From the NCBI GenBank assembly GCA_038207085.1, contig JBBRAE010000046.1, positions 1 through 19,119 of the forward strand: a stretch of DNA of 19,119 nucleotides. Direction: 5' to 3'. The notes below the pieces were generated by a model. That model was not told the origin of the DNA. It saw nothing but the letters and a program-made list of their open reading frames with translations, and searched no databases. Every line of letters starts with the position of its first letter. The stretch's first letter is position 1. The DNA comes from Armatimonadota bacterium. GTDB lineage: Bacteria; Armatimonadota; UBA5829; DTLH01. The position numbers and the translations under genes are program-made. This document shows, piece by piece, positions 1-7,888 of the stretch.

Positions 1-114
1 TATGTAGAAACTACCTTACAACAAAATATAATCAGGCTCTGCGAAAATTATTTGCATCAGATTGAAGGTATTTGCATGCTCGGGGGACTAATCTAAGTGA
101 GGAGGATAACTACA

Positions 115-1563
115 ATGAAAAGGTTATCAGCAATTTTCATAGCGGCCGCATTTGTCGCCGCGCCACTTGGGGCAGTTGAAGGGGTTTCTCAGTCCAAGTC
201 TGTCCAACTGACTGTATATAATGGTAACTTCGCGCTTGTCAAAGACGTGAGGACGATTAATCTTAGGGCTGGAATAAATACGATCGATGTCGAGGATGTC
301 GCAGCACAGATCGACCCTACGAGCGTGCTCTTCAAGTCGCTCACAAGTATAGGTTCTGTCGGCATTCTTGAACAAAATTATCAATATGACCTTATCAGCC
401 CGGACAATATTCTGGACAAGAGCGTCGGGCAGCGCATTACGTTTACACGTTTTGACGAGTCCGGCCAGCCCCACACCGAAAGCGGGATACTGCTTTCGCC
501 GCCCAAGAACGGCGGAATCGTGGTCAAGACCGACGACGGGCGCGTGGTGCTCTACCCGCAGGGGCAGATATCGCTCCTCGGCATGCCCGAAGGTTTGCAT
601 CCCAGGCCGACACTGAGCTGGATGCTTCAGGCTACCCAGGCAGGCCCGCAGGACGCGGTGATCAGCTACATTACAAACGGGATCAACTGGAACGCCGACT
701 ACGTCGCACTCGTTAGCGCCGACGACTCATCCCTCGACCTCACGGGCTGGGTGACCCTGAACAACCAGAGCGGCGCAACCTACAACAACGCCAAACTCAC
801 CCTGATGGCCGGGGACGTGCGCCGCGTAAATAGTTCACCGATGCGCTATGATGGGCGTGCAAGAGACGTGATATTGGAGATGGCCGCAGCTCCTCAGTTC
901 GAAGAGAAAAGCTTCTTCGAGTATCACCTCTACACGATGGAACGACCAACGACCATTCGCCAGAGCGAAACCAAGCAGCTTTCGCTCCTGAACGCAGCGA
1001 ACGTGCCTGTAACCAAAGAGATGATCTACGACGGGCGCGGCGACTGGTGGAGAGGCTGGTGGTATCCGGGCAGGACAAGCTTCGACCCCGGCGGCGGCTA
1101 CGACACATCTAACTATCACAAGGTAAACGTCGTCCTGCAGGTGATGAACTCCAAGCAAAACCGCATGGGTATGCCGCTTCCCAAGGGCAAAATCCGGGTC
1201 TACAAGCTCGACGACACCGGCAGCCAGCAGTTCATCGGGGAAGATATGATCGACCATACCCCCAAGGACGAGAAGATCAGGCTCTACCTCGGAGACGCCT
1301 TCGATGTGGTCGGTGATTACAAGAAAGTGAACTTTAAAAAGATCAGCGACAACGTGATCGAAGAGAGCTTTGAGGTATCGGTCCGCAACCACAAAGACAA
1401 GGCAGTCAATGTGAAGGTGGTCGACCACGTCTGGAGCGACTGGAAGATGACGGTCAAGAGCCATGCGTTCACCAAGAAAGACGCCCACACCATCGAGTTC
1501 CCCGTAAGCGTCCCAGCAAACGGCGAAATCAAGGTGACCTACACCATCAGGACTCAGTGGTAA
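115..1563 (+). CDS. Secreted DUF4139/DUF4140-like protein (TIGR02231-like, MuiA family candidate); start moved to ATG 115 downstream of GAGGAGG RBS
   Basis: Long ORF. Cleavable-looking signal peptide MKRLSAIFIAAAFVAAPLGA. N-terminal block VQLTVYNGNFALVKDVRTINLRAGINTIDVEDV resembles the DUF4140 N-domain. Strong SD GAGGAGG at 98-104, about 10 nt before ATG 115; the ORF track begins at GTG 97 inside the SD. Confidence 0.8.
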   Translation: MKRLSAIFIAAAFVAAPLGAVEGVSQSKSVQLTVYNGNFALVKDVRTINLRAGINTIDVEDVAAQIDPTSVLFKSLTSIGSVGILEQNYQYDLISPDNILDKSVGQRITFTRFDESGQPHTESGILLSPPKNGGIVVKTDDGRVVLYPQGQISLLGMPEGLHPRPTLSWMLQATQAGPQDAVISYITNGINWNADYVALVSADDSSLDLTGWVTLNNQSGATYNNAKLTLMAGDVRRVNSSPMRYDGRARDVILEMAAAPQFEEKSFFEYHLYTMERPTTIRQSETKQLSLLNAANVPVTKEMIYDGRGDWWRGWWYPGRTSFDPGGGYDTSNYHKVNVVLQVMNSKQNRMGMPLPKGKIRVYKLDDTGSQQFIGEDMIDHTPKDEKIRLYLGDAFDVVGDYKKVNFKKISDNVIEESFEVSVRNHKDKAVNVKVVDHVWSDWKMTVKSHAFTKKDAHTIEFPVSVPANGEIKVTYTIRTQW

Positions 1564-1577
1564 ACTGACCAAGCGTT

Positions 1578-1613
1578 GTATCGGGGAGCTCTCTCCCCGA
1601 TACTTTCTTCTCT
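1578..1613 (+). terminator. Rho-independent terminator. Stem gtatcggggag / ctccccgatac (11 bp, 1578-1588 / 1593-1603), loop ctct (1589-1592), then tttcttctct (1604-1613). Lies between convergent genes.
   Basis: Perfect 11-bp inverted repeat followed by a T-rich tract on the + strand. Sits directly after the DUF4139 stop and abuts the stop (1612-1614) of the minus-strand AAA gene. Confidence 0.7.
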
Positions 1614-3171
1614 ACGGAGCGTCGTTTTCGGAGACAGGGGTCCCCGAAATAACATTGAAGATATCCAGGCCCTCGGGCGGGATGCTGCTCGCCATTCGGC
1701 AGCGTCGGACGGCCCAGCGGCGAAGCGCGTTGATCTTCTCGCGCACCGTCATCGAAAGCGGGACCGATGCCCCAGCGCAGGCGGCGAGGTCGTCCTGGGT
1801 GAGATCACCCCCATTCCCAAACGCGGCGTACAGGCCGTCGATCACCACCTGCTCGATCTCCGCGCCGCTGAAACCGACCGTCATCGCCGCAAGCGCGTCA
1901 AGATCAAACGAGCCCGGCTCGCGCCTGCGCTTCTTCAGGTGAATCTCGAATATCTCGCGCCGATCATCGACGGCGGGCAGGTCTACAAAGAAAATCTCGT
2001 CAAAGCGTCCCTTTCGCACGAACTCCGGTGGGATCTGGGAGATGTCGTTTGCGGTCGCGACCACGAACACGGGTGCGGTCTTCTCCTGAAGCCAGGTGAT
2101 AAACGAGCCAAAGACCCGCGCGGTCGTTCCGGCGTCGCTGTAGGCCGAACTCTGCGCACCGGCGAATCCCTTTTCGACCTCATCGACCCAGAGGACGCAC
2201 GGCGCGACCGACTCGGCGATCGATATCGCCCGGCGCACGTTTTCTTCTGATGAGCCGACGATGCCGCTGAATATCTTGCCCGCATCGAGCTTGAGGAGCG
2301 GGAGCCTCCAGAGCGAAGCAATCGCCTTGCAGCAGAGCGACTTGCCGCAGCCCTGCACCCCCATCAGCATCACGCCTTTGGGCTGCGGCAGGCCAAACTC
2401 CCGCGCGCGGGTGGTGAAGGAATTGGTGCGCATCTCAAGCCAGCTTTTGAGCGAATCCATCCCGCCGACATCTGCGAACGCCTCGGTCGCGGGGTAGTAC
2501 TCGAGCATCCCCGACTTTCGGATGATCTGCTCTTTTTCGCTCACGATCACATCAAGATCAAGCTGCCTGCGTTCTACCAGAGACTTGGCAAAAACGTTCT
2601 CCGCCTCACCAGCTGTCAGCCCTTGCGCGGCTTTCACGATCACCTCGCGCTCGTCGGGCGCGATATCGGTCTTCACCTGGGAGTTGTCCCGAAGCGACTC
2701 GATGATTCCCTCAAGGAGCGCGTCAAGTTCGGCGACATCGGGGAGCGGGTAGTCGACGACGGTGATCTCTTTTTCAAGCTCGGAGGGAATCTTCAGCACG
2801 GGGGATAGAATCACCAGAGTCTTGCCGCTGGTCTTGAGCGAAACCGCGAGGTCCCGCAGCCGCCGGGTCACCATCTTGTCTGAGACGAACGCGTGGAGGT
2901 CTTTCAAGACAAAGATCGCGTCGCCCCGAAAGTCCATGACGTAATCGAGCGCGGCAATCGGCTCTTTGGTGGAGTCGTCACGCGTCCTCGCTTCAGAGGC
3001 AACCCCGGAGGTCGCCGTCCAAGTATACATCCGAGTCCCGCGCCCCTGCGCGATCCCTCGAATAGCCTCCTCCACCCGTTCCTCCTCAAAAGAAACGACG
3101 TAGATGATCGGGTAGCGCGCGCGGATCAGGGTTTCTATGGTCGAATTAGCCTTGCTGCTGCCGTTTGGCAA
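1612..3171 (-). CDS. ycf46: Ycf46-like AAA+ ATPase (classic AAA clade: Walker A GVQGCGKS, Walker [41 protein letters not shown]) with ~250-aa N-terminal domain
   Basis: 519-aa ORF. N-terminus [17 protein letters not shown] and C-terminal AAA module match the Ycf46 architecture known from cyanobacteria and plastids. SD-like GGAGA sits 4 nt before the ATG. Confidence 0.85.
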   Translation of the reverse strand: MPNGSSKANSTIETLIRARYPIIYVVSFEEERVEEAIRGIAQGRGTRMYTWTATSGVASEARTRDDSTKEPIAALDYVMDFRGDAIFVLKDLHAFVSDKMVTRRLRDLAVSLKTSGKTLVILSPVLKIPSELEKEITVVDYPLPDVAELDALLEGIIESLRDNSQVKTDIAPDEREVIVKAAQGLTAGEAENVFAKSLVERRQLDLDVIVSEKEQIIRKSGMLEYYPATEAFADVGGMDSLKSWLEMRTNSFTTRAREFGLPQPKGVMLMGVQGCGKSLCCKAIASLWRLPLLKLDAGKIFSGIVGSSEENVRRAISIAESVAPCVLWVDEVEKGFAGAQSSAYSDAGTTARVFGSFITWLQEKTAPVFVVATANDISQIPPEFVRKGRFDEIFFVDLPAVDDRREIFEIHLKKRRREPGSFDLDALAAMTVGFSGAEIEQVVIDGLYAAFGNGGDLTQDDLAACAGASVPLSMTVREKINALRRWAVRRCRMASSIPPEGLDIFNVISGTPVSENDAP

Positions 3172-3223
3172 TGGTATGCTCTCCTATGCACCTGACCCTA
3201 AAGGATCAGGCTTGCAAAGCATC

Positions 3224-3278
3224 AAGCAAGCTAAAGCAAGCTTGACGGTATATTCCCCCAGCTTGCTTCAGCTTGCTT
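3224..3278. repeat. Long imperfect hairpin: 18-bp arms agcaagctaaagcaagct (3225-3242) / agcttgcttcagcttgct (3260-3277), 1 mismatch, 17-nt loop (3243-3259)
   Basis: Inverted repeat read directly from sequence. Lies in the 325-nt spacer between the flotillin stop and the ycf46 start. Confidence 0.55.
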
Positions 3279-3292
3279 TCTGGTCTCTTAGG

Positions 3293-3429
3293 GCGTGTCT
3301 GAGAAATCCCGATTGTAGTGGCCGGTCGCCGTGCCAGCCATCAGCGCCATAGGCGCTGCCCTACGGCTTTCCGGCTCCTTCGGAGCCGATGGCCATCAGG
3401 CGGACGGCCACTACACTTCTCAGACACGC
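3293..3429. repeat. ~137-bp nested palindromic element. Outer stem gcgtgtctgagaa (3293-3305) / ttctcagacacgc (3417-3429), 13 bp. Second stem tgtagtggccg (3314-3324) / cggccactaca (3405-3415), 11 bp. Encloses small hairpins agcgcc-ata-ggcgct (3343-3357) and cggctcc-ttcg-gagccg (3372-3388, UUCG tetraloop on the + strand).
   Basis: Seen directly in sequence. Candidate structured RNA, attenuator, or MITE-like element with terminal inverted repeats. Confidence 0.5.
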
Positions 3430-3496
3430 ACTTAGCGTGATGCTTTAGCGTCACGTGCGGCCGGTTGGGAGGTGTCTCCCCACCGATCACTTGCTC

Positions 3497-5398
3497 TTAC
3501 TTCTCAGCCTTATTCACAGCGCCGTCATGCACCGGCTCGGCTTTGGGCTTCTCGGTAGACTGCGCCTGGATCACGGGGAGGTTGGATTTCACCATGCCAG
3601 CGATCGTTTCGGCCATCTCCGGGGAGATGTTGATCTCCTTGCCGGTTACTTTCTTCACGACCTGACCGAGCATCGTGGCGAGGTCGTCGACGGTCTGGCT
3701 CGGGGTGCGGTCGCTGTCGCTTCCGAGGACGCTTTTGCCGACGCCGTCGAGGAACGCGCCGATTCCGAGGCCCTGCGAGAGCTTGGTGAGCATGTCGGCC
3801 ATCGTCTCGGGCGTGCCATAGACGGTGTAGTTGCCCTGCTGGGCGAAGTTGCCGACGGCCCCTGCAAGAGCGATCTGGATCTCTTTCTTCGCCTGAATCT
3901 CAAGCTTGGAAACCTCAAACTCGATCGCCGACTTCTCAAACTGCTGCTTGAACTCGGCGGTAGACTTGTCGACCTCCATCTGCTTGCGGGAGACCTCTAC
4001 GCGCTCAGCCTCAACCAGCACAGGAACGAACTGGATCGCCTTCTCGCCTTCAGCTAGTCTAGTCTTAGCCTGAGAATCGGCCTCCGCCATTGTAAGCGTG
4101 GCTTTTGCACGGTTTTCGGCGGCGCGGAGATCGCCTTCGGCTTCCTTCTGCTTCTGGTAAGCGAACGAGTCGGCTTCCCTCTGTTTCCGAACAAGCGCCT
4201 GCTCGGCCTCGTTCTGAGCGCCTATCAGCTTCTGCCTGGCTTCTCGCTCTGCTCCGGAGACGACTTCGACCGTCTTCACGTCCTGGTTCGCCTGCTCCCT
4301 TGCGGCCTCGGCCTCAAGCCGTGCCTGCTCAGCCGCGGCGCGCTCCGCTTCCTTCTGAGCGATGGCGATCTGCTGGTCGCGAGTCGCAACCTCAACCGCC
4401 CGAACCTTGTCTACCTCAGTAGTCTGAATCGACTGCTCGCGGGCGATATCGGCCTGCTTCACCGACTGATCTGCGACGATCTGCGCCTGCTGGGTCTGCC
4501 GTTCCTGCTCGATGCGGTAGACATCGGCCTCGCGCAGCTTTTCGCTCTGAACGCGCGCCACCTGCATGTGCTGCTCGGCCTCGGCAAACGCCTGGTCCTG
4601 CTGCATTGTAAGCACGCTCTTGCGGGTCGAGACGTTCTTCAGCGTAGTCGCCTGCTCAGCTGTTCTCTCAAGTTCGTTTCGGGCGACCAGAGCAGCAGTC
4701 GTAATCTCGGTGATCTTGCGCTTGCCCTGGGCGTCAAATACGTTGTTGTCGTTCAGGTGCGACGGGTCGGTCTGGTCGAGCCTTGAGATCGTCACGGTTT
4801 CAAGTATAAGACCGTTTGGCTCGATTTCCTTTGCGACTTGCTCCTGGACCGAGCTTGCGAAGCTCTCGCGATCGCTGTGCAGCTCGGCAAGCTCATGCTT
4901 TGCCGCAACCGAACGAAGCGCGGAGGTCAGTTTTTCACCGACCTTGTTGTCGATCGCGTCCTCGGTGCCGGACTGGTCGCCAAACGACCTCGCCGCGTTC
5001 AGCACCTGCTCCGGTGTCGCCCCTACCCTCATATAGAACTCTGAGTGAACATCCGCGCGCAAGTAGTCCCGAGTGATAAGCGCATCGGGCCCTTCACGGA
5101 CACATGTGAGCTTGATCACTCTAAGCGATACCCGAGTCATCCTGTGCAAAACCGGCCAGACGACGATACCGCCGTCGATTATCACCTTGCTGCCGCCCGC
5201 ACCTGTGCGGACGAGCGCCTCTTCAGCCGACGCCTTCTGGTAAAGCGTCGTGATGATCAAGAAGATCATTCCAATCGCGGTCGTGATTGCGCCGATTATC
5301 AAGAATACGAACTGTCCGACTGTGCTCATGTCCGGGAAGAACCACGGACCGATCACCATCGCCAGTCCAAGCAGAGTCATTAATGCAAACCCCATCAT
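3497..5398 (-). CDS. Flotillin/SPFH (band 7) family protein, YqiK/FloT-like: N-terminal membrane anchor, SPFH domain, long Glu/Ala/Gln-rich coiled coil
   Basis: MMGFALMTLLGLAMVIGPWFF TM segment, followed by ...YQKASAEEALVRTGAGGSKVIIDGGIVVWPV... (SPFH start), then an extended EA-rich heptad region. Start placed at the ATGATG (5398/5395) after GAAAGGAG. The ORF-track start GTG 5494 adds 32 hydrophilic residues and is judged unlikely. Confidence 0.85.
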   Translation of the reverse strand: MMGFALMTLLGLAMVIGPWFFPDMSTVGQFVFLIIGAITTAIGMIFLIITTLYQKASAEEALVRTGAGGSKVIIDGGIVVWPVLHRMTRVSLRVIKLTCVREGPDALITRDYLRADVHSEFYMRVGATPEQVLNAARSFGDQSGTEDAIDNKVGEKLTSALRSVAAKHELAELHSDRESFASSVQEQVAKEIEPNGLILETVTISRLDQTDPSHLNDNNVFDAQGKRKITEITTAALVARNELERTAEQATTLKNVSTRKSVLTMQQDQAFAEAEQHMQVARVQSEKLREADVYRIEQERQTQQAQIVADQSVKQADIAREQSIQTTEVDKVRAVEVATRDQQIAIAQKEAERAAAEQARLEAEAAREQANQDVKTVEVVSGAEREARQKLIGAQNEAEQALVRKQREADSFAYQKQKEAEGDLRAAENRAKATLTMAEADSQAKTRLAEGEKAIQFVPVLVEAERVEVSRKQMEVDKSTAEFKQQFEKSAIEFEVSKLEIQAKKEIQIALAGAVGNFAQQGNYTVYGTPETMADMLTKLSQGLGIGAFLDGVGKSVLGSDSDRTPSQTVDDLATMLGQVVKKVTGKEINISPEMAETIAGMVKSNLPVIQAQSTEKPKAEPVHDGAVNKAEK

Positions 5399-5505
5399 TT
5401 GCTCCTTTCGAAAATGGCGGTTTGTGCCATTTTGATTCCCGTTGTGGTAAAGACGGCAGTAGCGCGGGCTTTGCGCTGCGAGAATCTTTATCACAACTCC
5501 TTTCG

Positions 5506-6135
5506 TTATAACAGATCACTTTTCCGGACTACAAAGCGCTTCTCGTCTTCGTCGTAATCGATCACCACCACGTCCGTACCCGGTGCGATCACACTTTCCC
5601 CCTCCTGAACTTTCGCCTGGACCCGATGCACGGTGCCGTACTGGTCCCGGACGTTGATGGTGCCGGACTTCTCGGTGGCTTGATACACGGTATGACCGAG
5701 AAGTCCAACGAGTTGGCGGCGCTCGACGCCGAAAGTCTCATCCCTTGGGGTGATCCGCCCGACGATCTCAGCCACGGCGCGAGTCACAGTGAAACTCGCG
5801 ACAAGCGTAATGAGTATCGATGGCAGGATAAGCGCGCTCGGATGGTCGAGAATCCCCATAACACGGTTGATGAGCATACCAATCGAGCCCCATGTAAGCA
5901 TCAGCAAGCCGACGAGCATGGATATAGAAACATCTCCCGCGCCTACAAAGGCAAGAAACCTGCTCATCCCGTGTCCGTCGCCGAGGTCAGCGTCTGAGTC
6001 GGCCCCGTCACCGAGGTCGTCCCCCGAGCTCTCCTGCATCCCACCGACGACGCTTATCAGAATCCAAAGCACCGATACAGCCAGCGGAAGCGTGTATATC
6101 AGGTTCCACCAGTTGAGAAGGTAGTGGTAAGACAT
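5506..6135 (-). CDS. NfeD/YqiJ-like flotillin-associated membrane protein (paralog 1). Asp/Gly-rich acidic insert, C-terminal OB-fold-like beta domain.
   Basis: Layout is TM helix, then DDLGDGADSDADLGDGHG insert, then 2-3 TM helices, then C-terminal GTVHRVQAKVQEGESVIAPGTDVVVIDYDEDEKRFVVRKSDL typical of short NfeD/YqiJ proteins encoded beside flotillins. SD GAGGGGA before the ATG. 9-nt gap to the upstream paralog. Confidence 0.75.
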   Translation of the reverse strand: MSYHYLLNWWNLIYTLPLAVSVLWILISVVGGMQESSGDDLGDGADSDADLGDGHGMSRFLAFVGAGDVSISMLVGLLMLTWGSIGMLINRVMGILDHPSALILPSILITLVASFTVTRAVAEIVGRITPRDETFGVERRQLVGLLGHTVYQATEKSGTINVRDQYGTVHRVQAKVQEGESVIAPGTDVVVIDYDEDEKRFVVRKSDLL

Positions 6136-6144
6136 GTTATCCCC

Positions 6145-6906
6145 TCAAATATCGCTTTTTCGGACGATAAAGCGCTTGTCTTCGTCGTCGTAGTCGACGA
6201 CAATCACCTCAGTCCCGGCGGCGATGCTCTCATTGGCGTCCTCGCTCTTGGCCTGGACGCGGTGGACAGTGCCGGAATGGTCTTTGATATCGATCGTCCC
6301 GGTGGTCTCGCTTACTGTGAAGACGCTTCGTCCAAGCGAGCCGACGAGTTCCAGTAGTGAAACCCCAAAGGTCTCGTCCCGGGGCATAATCCGTCCGACG
6401 ATCTCCGCAATCGCCCGCGTCACCGTCGCACTTACGACAAACGCGACAGCCATCGAAGGCCAGATGAAAAGCGACGGATAGTGAAGCACCCCGAAGAGCT
6501 TGTTGGCAAGCAGACCAAACGACCCCCAGCACAGCAGGAACATTGCGACCATAAGGCTGAGCGGTGCTTCGTCAAGGCCGAGGACCATCATAAACTTGCT
6601 CGCGCCGCTCGACGACTCACCATCGTGATGTTGCGCGTGCCCATCGTGTGAGGCATGTGAGGCGTGCGCATGCGCGCCGTCGTGTGCTACTGAAGTGTGG
6701 GCATGGGCGTGCAATTGGGCGTGGATGCGATCCCCCGCGTGGTGCAGAGCGTGGCTCACGGAGTGTCCCCCACCATGTCCGTGCGCGTGACCCTGCCCGT
6801 GTCCGTGGCCCCCGGCGAGCGCTGTAGAGACAATCCACAGCACCGAGAGCGCAAGCGGAAGCGCGTAGATCAGGTTCCACCATTGCAGCAAATCAGTTAC
6901 CGACAT
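6145..6906 (-). CDS. NfeD/YqiJ-like flotillin-associated membrane protein (paralog 2) with ~70-aa histidine-rich insert
   Basis: N- and C-termini are paralogous to 5506..6135 (MSVTDLLQWWNLIYALPLALSVLW... / ...GTVHRVQAKSEDANESIAAGTEVIVVDYDDEDKRFIVRKSDI). Insert is GHGHGQGHAHGHGGGHSVSHALHHAGDRIHAQLHAHAHTSVAHDGAHAHASHASHDGHAQHHDGESS. Strong SD GGGGAGGA 8 nt before the ATG. Confidence 0.8.
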   Translation of the reverse strand: MSVTDLLQWWNLIYALPLALSVLWIVSTALAGGHGHGQGHAHGHGGGHSVSHALHHAGDRIHAQLHAHAHTSVAHDGAHAHASHASHDGHAQHHDGESSSGASKFMMVLGLDEAPLSLMVAMFLLCWGSFGLLANKLFGVLHYPSLFIWPSMAVAFVVSATVTRAIAEIVGRIMPRDETFGVSLLELVGSLGRSVFTVSETTGTIDIKDHSGTVHRVQAKSEDANESIAAGTEVIVVDYDDEDKRFIVRKSDI

Positions 6907-6950
6907 TTTATTATCCTCCCCTCAGAGGAATGAACCACGTCCGGGCGCAA

Positions 6951-7766
6951 TTACTGCTCGGTTGTCTCACCGGACGACTTGTCTCCGGCGTTTCCCTGCT
7001 GAACCTGCTGCTCTTGCGCGACTTCTTCGGTCGATTCGGCCACGTGGCCGTTTCCGATCTCCGCGGAGAGCTTTTTGAACCGTTTTTCTGTGTCAGATAG
7101 CCCCATCTCGGCCTTTAGCTCGGACAGCGCTTGGTTTGCCCTGGCCTGACGCGCCGCCTGACGCACCTGATGAAGCTTTTGCTCGTCGCCGAGCTGCGCG
7201 ATGTCACCAATCGCCTGACTCTCGGCGTAGGCATGGTCTGCGCGCTCCTCAAGTCGCTCAAGCGCCTTCATGTCCTCGTCTAGCGACGGCGACATGGCGA
7301 ACTTCTGCACCTGTGCGCGCATTGTCGCGAGCTGATAGCGCATCTGAGCGTTTCGAGCGCGATCGGCAGCCTCTTTCAGCTCGTCCTGAAACATCTCGAT
7401 CTGACCTTTGGCCTCGGCGGCGTGCAGCCTTGCAGCCTCAAGCTGGGTTTTCAGGTCGTCGACACGGGCCTGACAGGACTCCATCTGAAGCAAAAGGTTC
7501 CCCGCAAGCTCATCTTCGTTCTGGGTGACAGCCGCGCGGGCGTCGCCGTCAAGCTGCGCGAGTTTCTTCTCCTCCGCCTCAAGCATCCGCTCGATCCTGT
7601 ACTGGTTCGCGATCACCGGGACCGCTGACGTTTTGAGATCGGCGAGCTTCTGCTTCATGCTTTCGATCACATAAGGACCGATGACGGCGGGATTCTCGTA
7701 CTTGATCAGGCCGAAACTGATAGTGGACAGTATTATTCTTTTGACCCTTTGGAGAATATCTCCCAT
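6951..7766 (-). CDS. pspA: PspA/IM30 (Vipp1/LiaH) family membrane-stress protein, bacterial ESCRT-III superfamily
   Basis: 271 aa. N-terminal amphipathic helix MGDILQRVKRIILSTISFGL, then ...IKYENPAVIGPYVIESMKQKLADLKTSAV... aligning to the PspA EDPxKMLxQ region. Continuous coiled coil and an acidic/Gln-rich tail. SD GGGGGTG 6 nt before the ATG. Confidence 0.85.
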   Translation of the reverse strand: MGDILQRVKRIILSTISFGLIKYENPAVIGPYVIESMKQKLADLKTSAVPVIANQYRIERMLEAEEKKLAQLDGDARAAVTQNEDELAGNLLLQMESCQARVDDLKTQLEAARLHAAEAKGQIEMFQDELKEAADRARNAQMRYQLATMRAQVQKFAMSPSLDEDMKALERLEERADHAYAESQAIGDIAQLGDEQKLHQVRQAARQARANQALSELKAEMGLSDTEKRFKKLSAEIGNGHVAESTEEVAQEQQVQQGNAGDKSSGETTEQ

Positions 7767-7787
7767 TGTTCACACCCCCGACCAAGC

Positions 7788-7818
7788 ATATATACAGCCC
7801 AGTGCCTAGTTGCCACAA
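7788..7818 (-). promoter_or_regulatory. Candidate sigma70-type promoter for pspA (minus-strand -10 TATATA at ~7788-7793; weak -35 TTGTGG at 7813-7818; 19-nt spacer). Direct repeats ATTGTGCCA / ATTGTGGCA lie just upstream.
   Basis: Hexamers read on the minus strand. No sigma54 -24/-12 (TGGCAC-N5-TTGCA) match was found despite the PspA context. Confidence 0.3.
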
Positions 7819-7888
7819 TCATAGCATAATACCCATTTTGGCACAATAGTTATTGGTTGGGAGTTTTTGAGCCCGTGAATGATGAAAG

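Noticed and set aside
835-1572. 245-aa minus-strand ORF, and 127..600, 797..1108 and 1317..1532 ORFs
   Set aside because: Antisense within the DUF4139-like gene, whose frame has a signal peptide, RBS and family-like motifs. Shadow ORFs.
1576-2250. 224-aa + strand ORF, and 1655..1942, 1983..2321 and other ORFs inside the AAA gene region
   Set aside because: Fully antisense to or overlapping the well-supported Ycf46-like AAA+ CDS. Arg/Ser/Pro-rich translation typical of GC-rich off-frame reading, with no RBS.
4105-5076. Several + strand ORFs (4105..4422, 4566..5036, 4816..5076) in the flotillin region
   Set aside because: Antisense to the flotillin coiled-coil segment. Low-complexity Arg/Pro/Ser translations and no start context.
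7767-7888. Sigma54 (-24 TGGCAC / -12 TTGCA) promoter upstream of pspA, expected by analogy with E. coli pspA
   Set aside because: TGGCAA/TGGCAC-like strings are present, but no correctly spaced -12 TTGCA element. Only a weak sigma70-like candidate could be supported. No PspF-like activator in the window.
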